The position numbers were made by a program, and so were the translations under genes. Source: Patescibacteria group bacterium (GTDB lineage: Bacteria > Patescibacteriota > Patescibacteriia > Patescibacteriales > UBA12465). From it: a stretch of DNA of 64,000 bases. Positions 26,919-35,762 of this stretch are shown in pieces. Below the pieces are notes generated by a model. That model searched no databases. It saw only the letters and a program-made list of their open reading frames with translations, and was not told where the DNA came from. The stretch lies in the NCBI GenBank assembly GCA_050949525.1, contig JBMNFW010000001.1, positions 655,890 to 719,889 on the forward strand, given 5' to 3'. Position 1 is the first letter of the stretch; each line of letters begins with the position of its first letter.

Positions 26919-27563
26919 TTAAATATGTCCTTTTTTGATTTCATCCCTTAAATAAGAATTAAAAGAAACAAAAGATGAATTTTTAAAAATGTCATTTATA
27001 ATTTTTCTTTTTGTAAACTCTAATTTTTTATTAAGAAAATTATAAACCCTACTCCTAAGTTCATAAGGTAAAGGTTTATATTCCCTGTTTTTTTTATTAT
27101 TATTTTCACCAAAAATTGGATTTTTTTTCCAAATAATTTCATTAGCTATTTCAATTGATTTAGTTTTATTTTTTTCAAACTCATTCATTATTAAAATATT
27201 TAAATCATCAAACAAAATTATCATTCTTCTTTCTATGTCATTTTTATTCCACCAAAACCTAATATCATCGTCGTTAACACCTTCGCTCCTTTTTAATTTC
27301 AAACCACTATTTATTTGCTTAATTATTTTTTCAACAAAGATATTTTCACTTTTAGTCCTTCCTATCAATATATCTCCTAATTTTTCTGTTAAATAATAAG
27401 TTTTATCTTTTTTTGATTCTTTTATAGCATAATCAAGCATTGGGGTAATTATTTTTTCAGATTCAACTAAGGAAATTTTTCTTAATTTACTCAATTTAGC
27501 AGAAAAAGATATAAGTAATGTTTTTTCTATTTGATTGTATTTTGAACAATTTGTTAAATTCAT
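26919..27563 (-). CDS. Hypothetical 214-aa protein, paralog of 48042..48698
   Basis: Shared blocks with the 218-aa ORF: FSKY..(V/I)EK.LL, D.AIKESKKD.TY.L...LGDI, D(V/I)R(W/F)WWN.NDIERRM, PLPYEL..RV. No family recognised. Confidence 0.6.
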   Translation of the reverse strand: MNLTNCSKYNQIEKTLLISFSAKLSKLRKISLVESEKIITPMLDYAIKESKKDKTYYLTEKLGDILIGRTKSENIFVEKIIKQINSGLKLKRSEGVNDDDIRFWWNKNDIERRMIILFDDLNILIMNEFEKNKTKSIEIANEIIWKKNPIFGENNNKKNREYKPLPYELRSRVYNFLNKKLEFTKRKIINDIFKNSSFVSFNSYLRDEIKKGHI

Positions 27564-27575
27564 ATTTTTTAAAAA

Positions 27576-30500
27576 TTATTTTTTTAAAATAAATCTAAAA
27601 ATATACGAGCTAACTTCAATATCAAAGCCACTTTCATTAATCGAAAAAGGTCCACTTATGGTTGGGCTATCACTATTAGAGTTTATAACTAAATAAATTT
27701 CATAATTATTAATATTCTTTTCTCCAAAATCCTTCTCTCTCTTGCTAATTTCAAAAAAATTCATAAACTCATTACTGGTTGATTTTACTTCACAATATAT
27801 TTTTAATCCATTATTTTTATAAGATATATCATAAGGATATTCATTATCACTGCCATAATTATTGTACCCATTCCTTTTGGCAATCGAAGAAACCCATTCG
27901 ACATTTTCTGCACCAAATTTATTACATAAATAATCAAAAACTATTTTTTCTCCACTTCCGCCGGCTTTAAGCCTACCCATCCCACCGATAGAACTTATAT
28001 TTTTAGTATTAGATCGAAAGAGTGCACCTTTTCCGCCACTTTCATTATTAACTTTATTTATAGAAATATTAGAATCATAAACATATTTATTTGGTATACC
28101 ATTTATTTCTTTTTTTTCAATGTTATTATTATTTAATTCTGACAATTCATTTTTTTCTTCTTGTTCTTTATTTTTTTTATACTCCTCAAACTCATTATAG
28201 TCCTCAATACTAACTATTTTTTTACCCTGCTTTTCAAGATCATCTTCTAAATCAGTTTTAAAACCGAGAATCATGGCTAATTTTTTATACTCATATTCCT
28301 TGCAATAATTATTATCGAGATCTTTGACATTTAATTCAAAGGGAGATCTAAAATTACCATTTTTATCAATGAGCCATTTTTCCTTTTTAAGCTTATTTAA
28401 TAAATCAGAATCAAAATGTTTAGTTCTAGTATCTCTAAAAAACCAAGTATATCTACCTTTCAAAAAATTATCTTTATCATTCCAATTTTCAAATAATTTT
28501 AATAAAATTTCCCAAAATAAAAAGGATTTTTTATTATCTAAATCACAAAAGAAATTATCAAAACCAGCAATAACTGGCTCTACTACCTCAATTTCTTTTG
28601 TAAAATCAGGACCTCTCCAATAATTTTTTCTTATTTCTTTCTTTTTATTTTCTGATAAATTAGATTCTTTTTTTTCTATCTTAGGTAGCTTATTTACTCC
28701 AATATCCATTAAAAAATTTTCAAATAAATTTTTATCTTTTATATTTCTAAATACTTTGTCATCTACAAAATAAATCGAATAATCTAAAAAATAATTAACT
28801 AAATCTTCATTTTTAATATAAACATCACTAGGTTTTAAAAACTTAAAATCATCACAATTATTTTTTCTAGAATAAATAAAAGAAATTTTTTTTATTTCAT
28901 CTTTAAAAAAACCTGTATCATTATAAGGATGTTTGTCTTTTTCTTGATAGAACGAAAAAAGCTTCTCAATATCCTGAAAATAATCATCTGGCAACTCTAA
29001 AATTTCTTTTTTATATTTAGGAAAAATAAACTCTTTTATTTCACTTAAAAGAGAAGGTTCTTTTAATCCCATTTTTTTAAAAAACTCTAAACATTTTTTA
29101 TCTTCAATAAAAACATTTTTGACAGTTTTATAATTAGAACCATTCTTTGCTGGCAAATATACCTGTAATGCTCCAGATTCATCAAAGGGTGCTATATGAC
29201 TATTATCACTTATTCTAATAATATTTTTATTTTTTATAGATTCATCAAGCTCAATATTATTAATTCGATGTTTCCATAAATCTTTATTTTTTAATAATGC
29301 AGCATAAAACTCAATCATCCAACTATCATTTTTTTTATTTAAAAAATCATTATTTAAATTTTCAATAAAATCATTAAATCTTATATCTTTTACACCAATT
29401 TCATTAATTAAATAATTTTTTAAATTTCTCATATTGCTTTCATTTATTTCTGTCGGCATCCAATATTTTTTTAAAAAAAGATTATTAAGATCTTTATTGC
29501 TTAATAATCTCTCTAAGTCCTTATTTTGATAAATAACAATATTATCTTTATTAGAATATTCTTTACTTTTCGTTGGTAAAAAATCTGATGAAATTATTTT
29601 ACTTTTAACAGCATTATAAATATTAGAATAAATATTATTATTTCCAATGCCCGGGTCTTCTATAGGTAAAATATTTAAAAAACCTAAATTTAAAATGCCA
29701 GCATCTTTAATTAAAGACATACTTTCTATCACTAATTCAGAAATATAATTATCTATTTTTTTATTATAATCGTTATCCTTTTTTATGTTCTCCCTATTTG
29801 AGGGCAGATCATATGGTCCGTGAATAATAAAATTAAGATTAGTTCTCTTTTCAAGTGGAAAATAAACAAAAAGCCTAGAATTTTCCACTTTCTCAAAAAT
29901 AATTTGACCATTATTAATATTTATTTTATAGGCTAAACTAATGTCTCTATTAATTTTTTTTATATTTTTATTAAACACTAAAAAATTTTCCTCTTTATCA
30001 GCTGAAAAAATTTTAACCCAATTAAACCCCTTTTTATTTTTAATTTGCTTCTCAAAGAAAAATTTTTCTCCTTGATAACTCCACTCAATTTTATTTATAT
30101 TTTTCAAAAATAAAAAGTTGTTCAATTCAATTTCTTTTAATTCTTTTAAAATTAAACCGACGTAATTCCCACCTTTCTTAAAAGGAATTCTTATTAATGT
30201 TTGATCTTTAAAAATTTTATTAATATTTTTATCTAATTTTATCTCTTCTGGTACAATATATTCAACTATTTTAACATTAAAATCACCTGAATAAATATAA
30301 GGTATTTCTGTAATATTAAAAACTGACTTAAATCCTATTCCAAATTTACCGATACTATCAACATTTTCTTTTTTTGTAGAATTTCCCCATCCCGTAACAC
30401 CTTCAATATCTTCAAAGCTAAATTTTCTGCCATTGTGATAATAATCTAATCTATCTTCAAATATTTCAATTTTAACATCTGATGCTCCAGCGTCTTCAGA

Positions 30501-30650
30501 ATTCTGCAATAATTCAAAAATAAAATGACCAGGATTAGAGTAATGATCGGATAATATATTCTGAAAATTAAACTTACACTTTTTACTAGCGTTAATAAAA
30601 TTAACTCTTTTATCTCTTAAGCGTTTAAGTTTTTCTGAAATATTTTTCAT
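27576..30650 (-). CDS. 1024-aa GHKL/sacsin-type ATPase with a C-terminal DUF3883-like PD-(D/E)xK nuclease domain
   Basis: N-terminus has FIFELLQNSEDAGASDVKIEI (N-box E..N..DA) and IGKFGIGFKSVF (G-box). C-terminus GGSGEKIVFDYL...VEWVS...YDISY...IYCEVKST...FEISKRE...YEIYLV fits the DUF3883/restriction-endonuclease-like pattern. Confidence 0.65.
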   Translation of the reverse strand: MKNISEKLKRLRDKRVNFINASKKCKFNFQNILSDHYSNPGHFIFELLQNSEDAGASDVKIEIFEDRLDYYHNGRKFSFEDIEGVTGWGNSTKKENVDSIGKFGIGFKSVFNITEIPYIYSGDFNVKIVEYIVPEEIKLDKNINKIFKDQTLIRIPFKKGGNYVGLILKELKEIELNNFLFLKNINKIEWSYQGEKFFFEKQIKNKKGFNWVKIFSADKEENFLVFNKNIKKINRDISLAYKININNGQIIFEKVENSRLFVYFPLEKRTNLNFIIHGPYDLPSNRENIKKDNDYNKKIDNYISELVIESMSLIKDAGILNLGFLNILPIEDPGIGNNNIYSNIYNAVKSKIISSDFLPTKSKEYSNKDNIVIYQNKDLERLLSNKDLNNLFLKKYWMPTEINESNMRNLKNYLINEIGVKDIRFNDFIENLNNDFLNKKNDSWMIEFYAALLKNKDLWKHRINNIELDESIKNKNIIRISDNSHIAPFDESGALQVYLPAKNGSNYKTVKNVFIEDKKCLEFFKKMGLKEPSLLSEIKEFIFPKYKKEILELPDDYFQDIEKLFSFYQEKDKHPYNDTGFFKDEIKKISFIYSRKNNCDDFKFLKPSDVYIKNEDLVNYFLDYSIYFVDDKVFRNIKDKNLFENFLMDIGVNKLPKIEKKESNLSENKKKEIRKNYWRGPDFTKEIEVVEPVIAGFDNFFCDLDNKKSFLFWEILLKLFENWNDKDNFLKGRYTWFFRDTRTKHFDSDLLNKLKKEKWLIDKNGNFRSPFELNVKDLDNNYCKEYEYKKLAMILGFKTDLEDDLEKQGKKIVSIEDYNEFEEYKKNKEQEEKNELSELNNNNIEKKEINGIPNKYVYDSNISINKVNNESGGKGALFRSNTKNISSIGGMGRLKAGGSGEKIVFDYLCNKFGAENVEWVSSIAKRNGYNNYGSDNEYPYDISYKNNGLKIYCEVKSTSNEFMNFFEISKREKDFGEKNINNYEIYLVINSNSDSPTISGPFSINESGFDIEVSSYIFRFILKK

Positions 30651-30712
30651 TTTAGTTATTTAAGCACAATATAAATAAATTACTTTCATTTTACAACAAA
30701 CTCATACTAATA

Positions 30713-31762
30713 TCAATAAAATGTATTAGTCCACGTCATTTTGGAAAAAAAATTATTATTAACCAAATAATTCATCGGAGATACTAATTCAAGGCTCCAA
30801 TGTGGTCTATCGGTATTATACCAAAGAAGCCAATCAATTAACAAATTATTAAAATCATCTAAATTATCAAAGTATTTTTCACCACTCCAATCAATGAATT
30901 CTTCTTGAATAGTCCTATTAAACTTCTCAATATGACCCTGTTTGTATGGTCTACCTGGATAATTGAAATAATGCTCAATTTTTCTCTCTTCTAAGTATTT
31001 TTTAAAATAGAGATGGAATTCTAAACCATTATCAGTCTGAACAGCCTTAATATTAAAGGGCATGACTTCTTCTAATTTTTTAAAAAAATCTTTAGCATTA
31101 GAGCTACTAATTCTGTTATAGGCATAAGCGAAAGCTGTTCGGCTAAAAGTATCAACAGCGGTAATAATATATCTCTTTAATCCATTGTGAAATCTAACAA
31201 CAGTATCTATCTCTATTAAATCCCCAGGATTATTTACTTGTAATTCCTTAGGTTTTCTTTTCTTTTTAGTTTTTTTAATTTTTTTAATCTTACCAAAATG
31301 AGATATTTTCTGTCTATGATGATATATATCTTTATCTTTAATAATTCTACCTATCTTTGATTCTGAGTATATTGGTAAATTATTAATTTCACAAAATTTA
31401 TCTAAAAATTTTTTAACTTTAGTTTTATCCATATTAGGACAAATCTCTAGTCTTAAACGTCTAATCTCTTTTAATATCAGAGGATGTATTTCTCTTTTAT
31501 TCTTGTTAATCCTAGCTTGGGATTTAGGATTGAGAGCTTCTATCTTGCCACCCCCTTCTCTAAATATTTTTTGCCAATTGTATAGGGTAGATTTTTTAAC
31601 CCCAAAGGCATCAGTAGTGGCTTGAAGGCCATATTGCTTCCAAAATTCTAATATTTTGAGTCTTTGTCTAGCTTCTTTGGTAATCATATATTTTTGCTTA
31701 ATTGCATCATTATATAATGTACCAAATCCGGGACAATTATAGTACTTAAACTTTATCTGCAT
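30713..31762 (-). CDS. IS481-like transposase (HTH + rve DDE core)
   Basis: IEIDTV ... VQTDNGLEF ... GHIEKFNRTIQEEF pattern. 349 aa. The last 3 codons and the stop lie in flanking DNA. Confidence 0.8.
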   Translation of the reverse strand: MQIKFKYYNCPGFGTLYNDAIKQKYMITKEARQRLKILEFWKQYGLQATTDAFGVKKSTLYNWQKIFREGGGKIEALNPKSQARINKNKREIHPLILKEIRRLRLEICPNMDKTKVKKFLDKFCEINNLPIYSESKIGRIIKDKDIYHHRQKISHFGKIKKIKKTKKKRKPKELQVNNPGDLIEIDTVVRFHNGLKRYIITAVDTFSRTAFAYAYNRISSSNAKDFFKKLEEVMPFNIKAVQTDNGLEFHLYFKKYLEERKIEHYFNYPGRPYKQGHIEKFNRTIQEEFIDWSGEKYFDNLDDFNNLLIDWLLWYNTDRPHWSLELVSPMNYLVNNNFFSKMTWTNTFY

Positions 31763-31807
31763 ACATTTTGGGCTTTTTATTTTCCAAAATGTATCTGAAC
31801 TTATTCA
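30722..31807 (-). mobile_element. IS481-like insertion sequence, copy 1 (1086 bp, intact transposase)
   Basis: Shares a 1086-bp sequence with 46266..47351. Imperfect terminal IRs TGAATAAGTTCAGATACATTTTGGAAAA / TGTATTAGTCCACGTCATTTTGGAAAA. Single HTH+rve ORF. Confidence 0.8.
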
Positions 31808-31903
31808 TTAAAATTCATATAACGAAAAAATAAAAAAAACCTAAATGGGATTCGAACCACTTAAGCCCTTTATTTTTAGTCATTTTAGCGAGTTTGACTA
31901 AAA

Positions 31904-31928
31904 CAAAAAAAACTGGCACAAGCCAGTT
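31904..31928 (-). terminator. Rho-independent terminator downstream of tRNA-Gln
   Basis: aactggc (31911-31917) / acaa / gccagtt (31922-31928), with an 8-nt A-run on the + strand giving a U-run on the minus-strand transcript. Confidence 0.65.
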
Positions 31929-31990
31929 CTTTTCAATTATCCCTATAAAATAAGGATGTAAGTCGGTCTCTCACAAAAGAGAAACATCTG

Positions 31991-32061
31991 CTCGGGGACT
32001 AGGATTCGAACCCAGATAGCCAGGACCAAAACCTGGAGTCCTACCATTAGACGATCCCCGA
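31991..32061 (-). tRNA. tRNA-Gln (anticodon TTG), CCA not encoded
   Basis: Hand-folded cloverleaf: acceptor TCGGGGA/TCCCCGA, D stem GTCT/GGAC, anticodon stem CCAGG/CCTGG with loop TTTTGGT, T arm CTGGG-TTCGAAT-CCTAG, discriminator G. Confidence 0.85.
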
Positions 32062-32115
32062 AAAATAATTATGTAAAAATATATTAATCAATATTAATCT
32101 CTAAGTCAAGCCAAA

Positions 32116-33027
32116 TTAAACTTTAGCATACTTTTTTATTGCTAGATAACTCGCCAAAACATTAACAATTGATATGCCAACTAATTGTAAACCAAAAATA
32201 AGTAAAAAATTCTCAGCAAAATAATTAAAAACATTAATATTATAATCCAAAAAGAATACCTCTAAATAAGGTTGAAGAATTCCTAATAATGGAAAAGTAA
32301 TAGCGATTATAATTAAAACAGCTATTAAAGTATAAATAAAAGAAGATAGGAGAAAGGGAGCATGAATAAACGAATTAGATGCTCCAACCAAACGCATAAT
32401 CTCAATTTCTCTTTTATGTGTATAAATAGCCACCTTAATTGAATTATAAATAACTAAAAGACTAGTGATAATAAATATAGTGATAATAAAAAGAGCAATA
32501 TCATCAATCTTTTTACTAATATTATTTATCTTTTCTAAAATTAAACGATTATCACTAAAATCCCTAGAATCAATAATCTCGCTATTAATTGATTTAAGTT
32601 CTTCAATTAAATTAGAAACATTATTAATGTCAGCTGGCTGAATCACTAAGCTAGGAGATAGAGGATTCTTTCCTAATTCCACTAAAGCCTGTAAAATCTC
32701 AGGCTTATCTTGATTTTTCTCTCGAAACGAATCTAAAGCTTCTTGTTTAGAAATATAACGCACATCTTTAACTTTCTCCATCGCCCCAATTTTCATCTTT
32801 AAATCTAATATTTCAGCTTCATCAGCATCAGACTTTAAATATAAACTCAGATCTACTTTTTCTTTAATAGCTTCCACAGCTCCCGAACTAATAACTCGAG
32901 TTAAAATCAAAGTATTAATAGAAAGCATGGCTAAAATAATGATAGTAACAGTAACAATTGATAACCAAATATTTCGACTAATATCTTGTAAACTAAATTT
33001 TAAAGCTCGTAAAAATGAAATTAACAT
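32116..33027 (-). CDS. ftsX: Cell-division ABC transporter permease FtsX
   Basis: 303 aa with one TM, a large extracytoplasmic loop and three C-terminal TMs. Directly downstream of ftsE. Confidence 0.8.
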   Translation of the reverse strand: MLISFLRALKFSLQDISRNIWLSIVTVTIIILAMLSINTLILTRVISSGAVEAIKEKVDLSLYLKSDADEAEILDLKMKIGAMEKVKDVRYISKQEALDSFREKNQDKPEILQALVELGKNPLSPSLVIQPADINNVSNLIEELKSINSEIIDSRDFSDNRLILEKINNISKKIDDIALFIITIFIITSLLVIYNSIKVAIYTHKREIEIMRLVGASNSFIHAPFLLSSFIYTLIAVLIIIAITFPLLGILQPYLEVFFLDYNINVFNYFAENFLLIFGLQLVGISIVNVLASYLAIKKYAKV

Positions 33028-33033
33028 AATAAT

Positions 33034-33714
33034 TTAGATTATATATTTTCCATGTTCCTTATCACTAACAATAGTTCCATGATCGACCGTAATCACCCTT
33101 CGGTTTAAACGATTAACAATTTCCCGATTATGAGTTACTAAAATAACAGTAGTACCAAAATTATTTATCTTTAATAAAAGATCAATAATATCATTAGCAT
33201 TAATAGCATCCAGATTACCAGTCGGCTCATCAGCTAATAATATTTTAGGTTGATGAACTAAAGCTCTGGCAATAGCCGCTCTCTGTTGCTCTCCCCCAGA
33301 AACCTCACTTGGATAACTATTCATCTTATTAGATAATCCCACTATTTTCATAACACTTTTAACAGTCTTTCTAATCTTGGACTGCGCCACTCCACAAACC
33401 TCTAAAGCAAAAGCAACATTTTCGCCTAAAGTTTTCTTAGGAAGTAATTTAAAATCTTGAAAAATAACTCCAATTTGACGACGTAAATAGGGGACTTCAG
33501 CTCGACCAATTTTAGTAATATCCCAATCACCAATTAAAACCTGACCGGAACTAGCTAATTCTTCGCCAATTAAAATTTTAACTAAAGTTGTTTTTCCAGT
33601 ACCAGATTGACCAACTACCGAAACAAATTCTCCAGCTTCAATACTTAAATTTACCCGATCCAATACCTGGTGCTTATTTTTATAGACTTTACTGACATTA
33701 GTAAGTTTTATCAT
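33034..33714 (-). CDS. ftsE: Cell-division ABC transporter ATPase FtsE
   Basis: Walker A GQSGTGKTT, signature VSGGEQQR, Walker B LLADEPTG. Confidence 0.85.
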   Translation of the reverse strand: MIKLTNVSKVYKNKHQVLDRVNLSIEAGEFVSVVGQSGTGKTTLVKILIGEELASSGQVLIGDWDITKIGRAEVPYLRRQIGVIFQDFKLLPKKTLGENVAFALEVCGVAQSKIRKTVKSVMKIVGLSNKMNSYPSEVSGGEQQRAAIARALVHQPKILLADEPTGNLDAINANDIIDLLLKINNFGTTVILVTHNREIVNRLNRRVITVDHGTIVSDKEHGKYII

Positions 33715-33716
33715 AA

Positions 33717-35303
33717 TTACTTATTTAAATGAAAAGCATAATTAAATAAATCAATAGTTTCTGAAAAACTCTGTTCTCGCGAATCAGCCTTTAAAATTAC
33801 AGCGATATATTTTTCCCCTTTAATTTCAGCTTGAGTAACTAAACAATATCCAGCTTCATCTAAGAACCCAGTCTTAGATCCAGTAATTTTAAAATTATTA
33901 AAATTATTTTTCAAAACCAAATCACTACTATTATAACGAAGTTTTAAAGAATTGTCATTTCTAGTTCTAAAACTATAACTCTTGCTCACGCTAGCATTAC
34001 TAATAATAGGATTTTTAAAAATAATCGAAGATACGCGAGCTACATCTCGAGCTGAAGCTTTATTATTCTTATCCAACCCCGTTGGTTCTTTAATATCAAA
34101 ACTAGAGGCTCCTTGCTCGATAGTCCAAGAATTAATTTTTTTAATAAACTCATTACGACTTAAACCACTATTTCGAACTAAAGTTTCCACAACATTATTA
34201 GCTGACCTAACTAAAGCCGAATAAATTAAATCTTTAATAGACAATAAATCACCTTGATTTAAATTAATCAAAGCTAGCTCCCATTTAGGAAAATATTGTA
34301 AATTATGCTGTTCATCTTTAATATCATATTTCACCCATTCTTCTAATCGACTAGAATTCCCAACTTCCAAAAAAATATAAGTAGATAATAATTTACTTAA
34401 ACTAGCTATTGGCAAAACCTGATCAGCATTTTTTTCATAAAGCCACGAACCATCACCTTCTTTCATTAAAACCGCACTTAAAGATTTAATTTCTGGTCCT
34501 GGCCCTACTGAATTATTAATCAAAATATTTTTTCCAAAATCACCTGCTGGCACCTTTAGCGGTTCTAAAGACACCTTAATTAACCCTTCTCCTGGCGAGG
34601 CTATTTTTTTAAAAGCTACTCGATCTAAATCTATCACCCGATCAGGAAATAAACCTCTGTCAGGACCAAAATCATTAATAGTAACATCAACAAATTTTCC
34701 ATTAGCTATATTTTTAACTCTTAAAACCGAACCTTTAGGAAAATCAGGTGACGCCGCAAAATCTCCTCCTTTATAGCGATACCAACTAGCTTGACCAGCT
34801 GACAGAAGATCAGGATAAGAAAAAACAGCAATGCGAGCATAAGGCAAATGAATCAAAGATCTAACAAAGTTCTCCTCGGGAAAATCCCAAGTCGGTAAAG
34901 GTCGCCAAGCATTATAATTTTTATCATAAAAGAAAACTTGCTTATAATGAGGATTAGAACTCTGATAAGAAAACTGAATATAAAAAGGTTTGTGATTATC
35001 ATAGGCAGCCTTATTCTTAAATTCAAACTGTAAAATAGGACTCAAAATATCTAAACCCCAAGGAAGATTTTGATTCATATCACTAATCTCCTCGATTAAA
35101 ACATCAGTTCCTTGATTTAAAATTCCAGGTACCAAAGATAATTTTAATTCATCAGAAAAAGCCGAAACCGTATATCCTTTTTGAATAGTAGCCTCATCTA
35201 AAAAAATACTAAAAGGCTCTTTATTCAAAGCTAAAATATCTCGAGCTAAAAACAATGTAATTACTACTAAACTAAATAATATTATTTTTCTTAAATTTTT
35301 CAT
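33717..35303 (-). CDS. Fusion of an RlpA-like DPBB domain and an S11 D-alanyl-D-alanine carboxypeptidase
   Basis: RlpA pattern ASWYRYKGG..AAS..FPKGSVLRVKN..NGKFVDVTINDFGPD. PBP5-type motifs SLSK (SxxK), SAN (SxN) and KTG. Confidence 0.7.
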   Translation of the reverse strand: MKNLRKIILFSLVVITLFLARDILALNKEPFSIFLDEATIQKGYTVSAFSDELKLSLVPGILNQGTDVLIEEISDMNQNLPWGLDILSPILQFEFKNKAAYDNHKPFYIQFSYQSSNPHYKQVFFYDKNYNAWRPLPTWDFPEENFVRSLIHLPYARIAVFSYPDLLSAGQASWYRYKGGDFAASPDFPKGSVLRVKNIANGKFVDVTINDFGPDRGLFPDRVIDLDRVAFKKIASPGEGLIKVSLEPLKVPAGDFGKNILINNSVGPGPEIKSLSAVLMKEGDGSWLYEKNADQVLPIASLSKLLSTYIFLEVGNSSRLEEWVKYDIKDEQHNLQYFPKWELALINLNQGDLLSIKDLIYSALVRSANNVVETLVRNSGLSRNEFIKKINSWTIEQGASSFDIKEPTGLDKNNKASARDVARVSSIIFKNPIISNASVSKSYSFRTRNDNSLKLRYNSSDLVLKNNFNNFKITGSKTGFLDEAGYCLVTQAEIKGEKYIAVILKADSREQSFSETIDLFNYAFHLNK

Positions 35304-35312
35304 TATTATAAA

Positions 35313-35753
35313 TTAATTATCAAAAAAATATTTTAACCAACGACGAGGATTAGATAAGTTCTCTTCCTCTTTTTTTGACTCTAATTCTAAATTATTTTCT
35401 TTCATCATTCTTTTTATCACCACTACTTTCTCACCTTCTTTTTGTAAACCTAAGTTCAATCGTGCTTTTTCTTCCGCCGCCTGATCTGATTCTAAATAAA
35501 TTAAAAGATCTTTAAGATCACTATTAGTTTTTTCATACTTAGCTATTTCTTCTTTAATTTCATCTATTTCACTTTTAAGCTCATTACCTTTTTGACCTTT
35601 TTTAAACGAAGGAAAAATTATAAGTCCAATTAATCCTAATAATATCAATAAAATCAAAACTTGTTTTCGAGTTTCTTTTCTTTGCTCTTTAGATTGAGCT
35701 TTATGAACATAACTTAATTTATCCGTAGGACTTAAACGATACTTTCTAGCCAT
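35313..35753 (-). CDS. FtsB/DivIC-like septum-formation initiator (TM + coiled coil)
   Basis: Single TM (VLILLILLGLIGLIIF) followed by a heptad-rich segment, in a cell-division gene context. Confidence 0.45.
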   Translation of the reverse strand: MARKYRLSPTDKLSYVHKAQSKEQRKETRKQVLILLILLGLIGLIIFPSFKKGQKGNELKSEIDEIKEEIAKYEKTNSDLKDLLIYLESDQAAEEKARLNLGLQKEGEKVVVIKRMMKENNLELESKKEEENLSNPRRWLKYFFDN

Positions 35754-35762
35754 AAATAAAAA

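Noticed and set aside
31845-31860. GGTTCGAATCC-like T-loop motif (minus strand gtggttcgaatccca) between tRNA-Gln and the IS481-like element. It could be a second tRNA, a tmRNA end or an att remnant.
   Set aside because: I could not fold a cloverleaf. The T stem pairs only 3 of 5 positions, and there is no acceptor or anticodon arm. It is probably a degenerate tRNA fragment. tRNAscan or ARAGORN could confirm.
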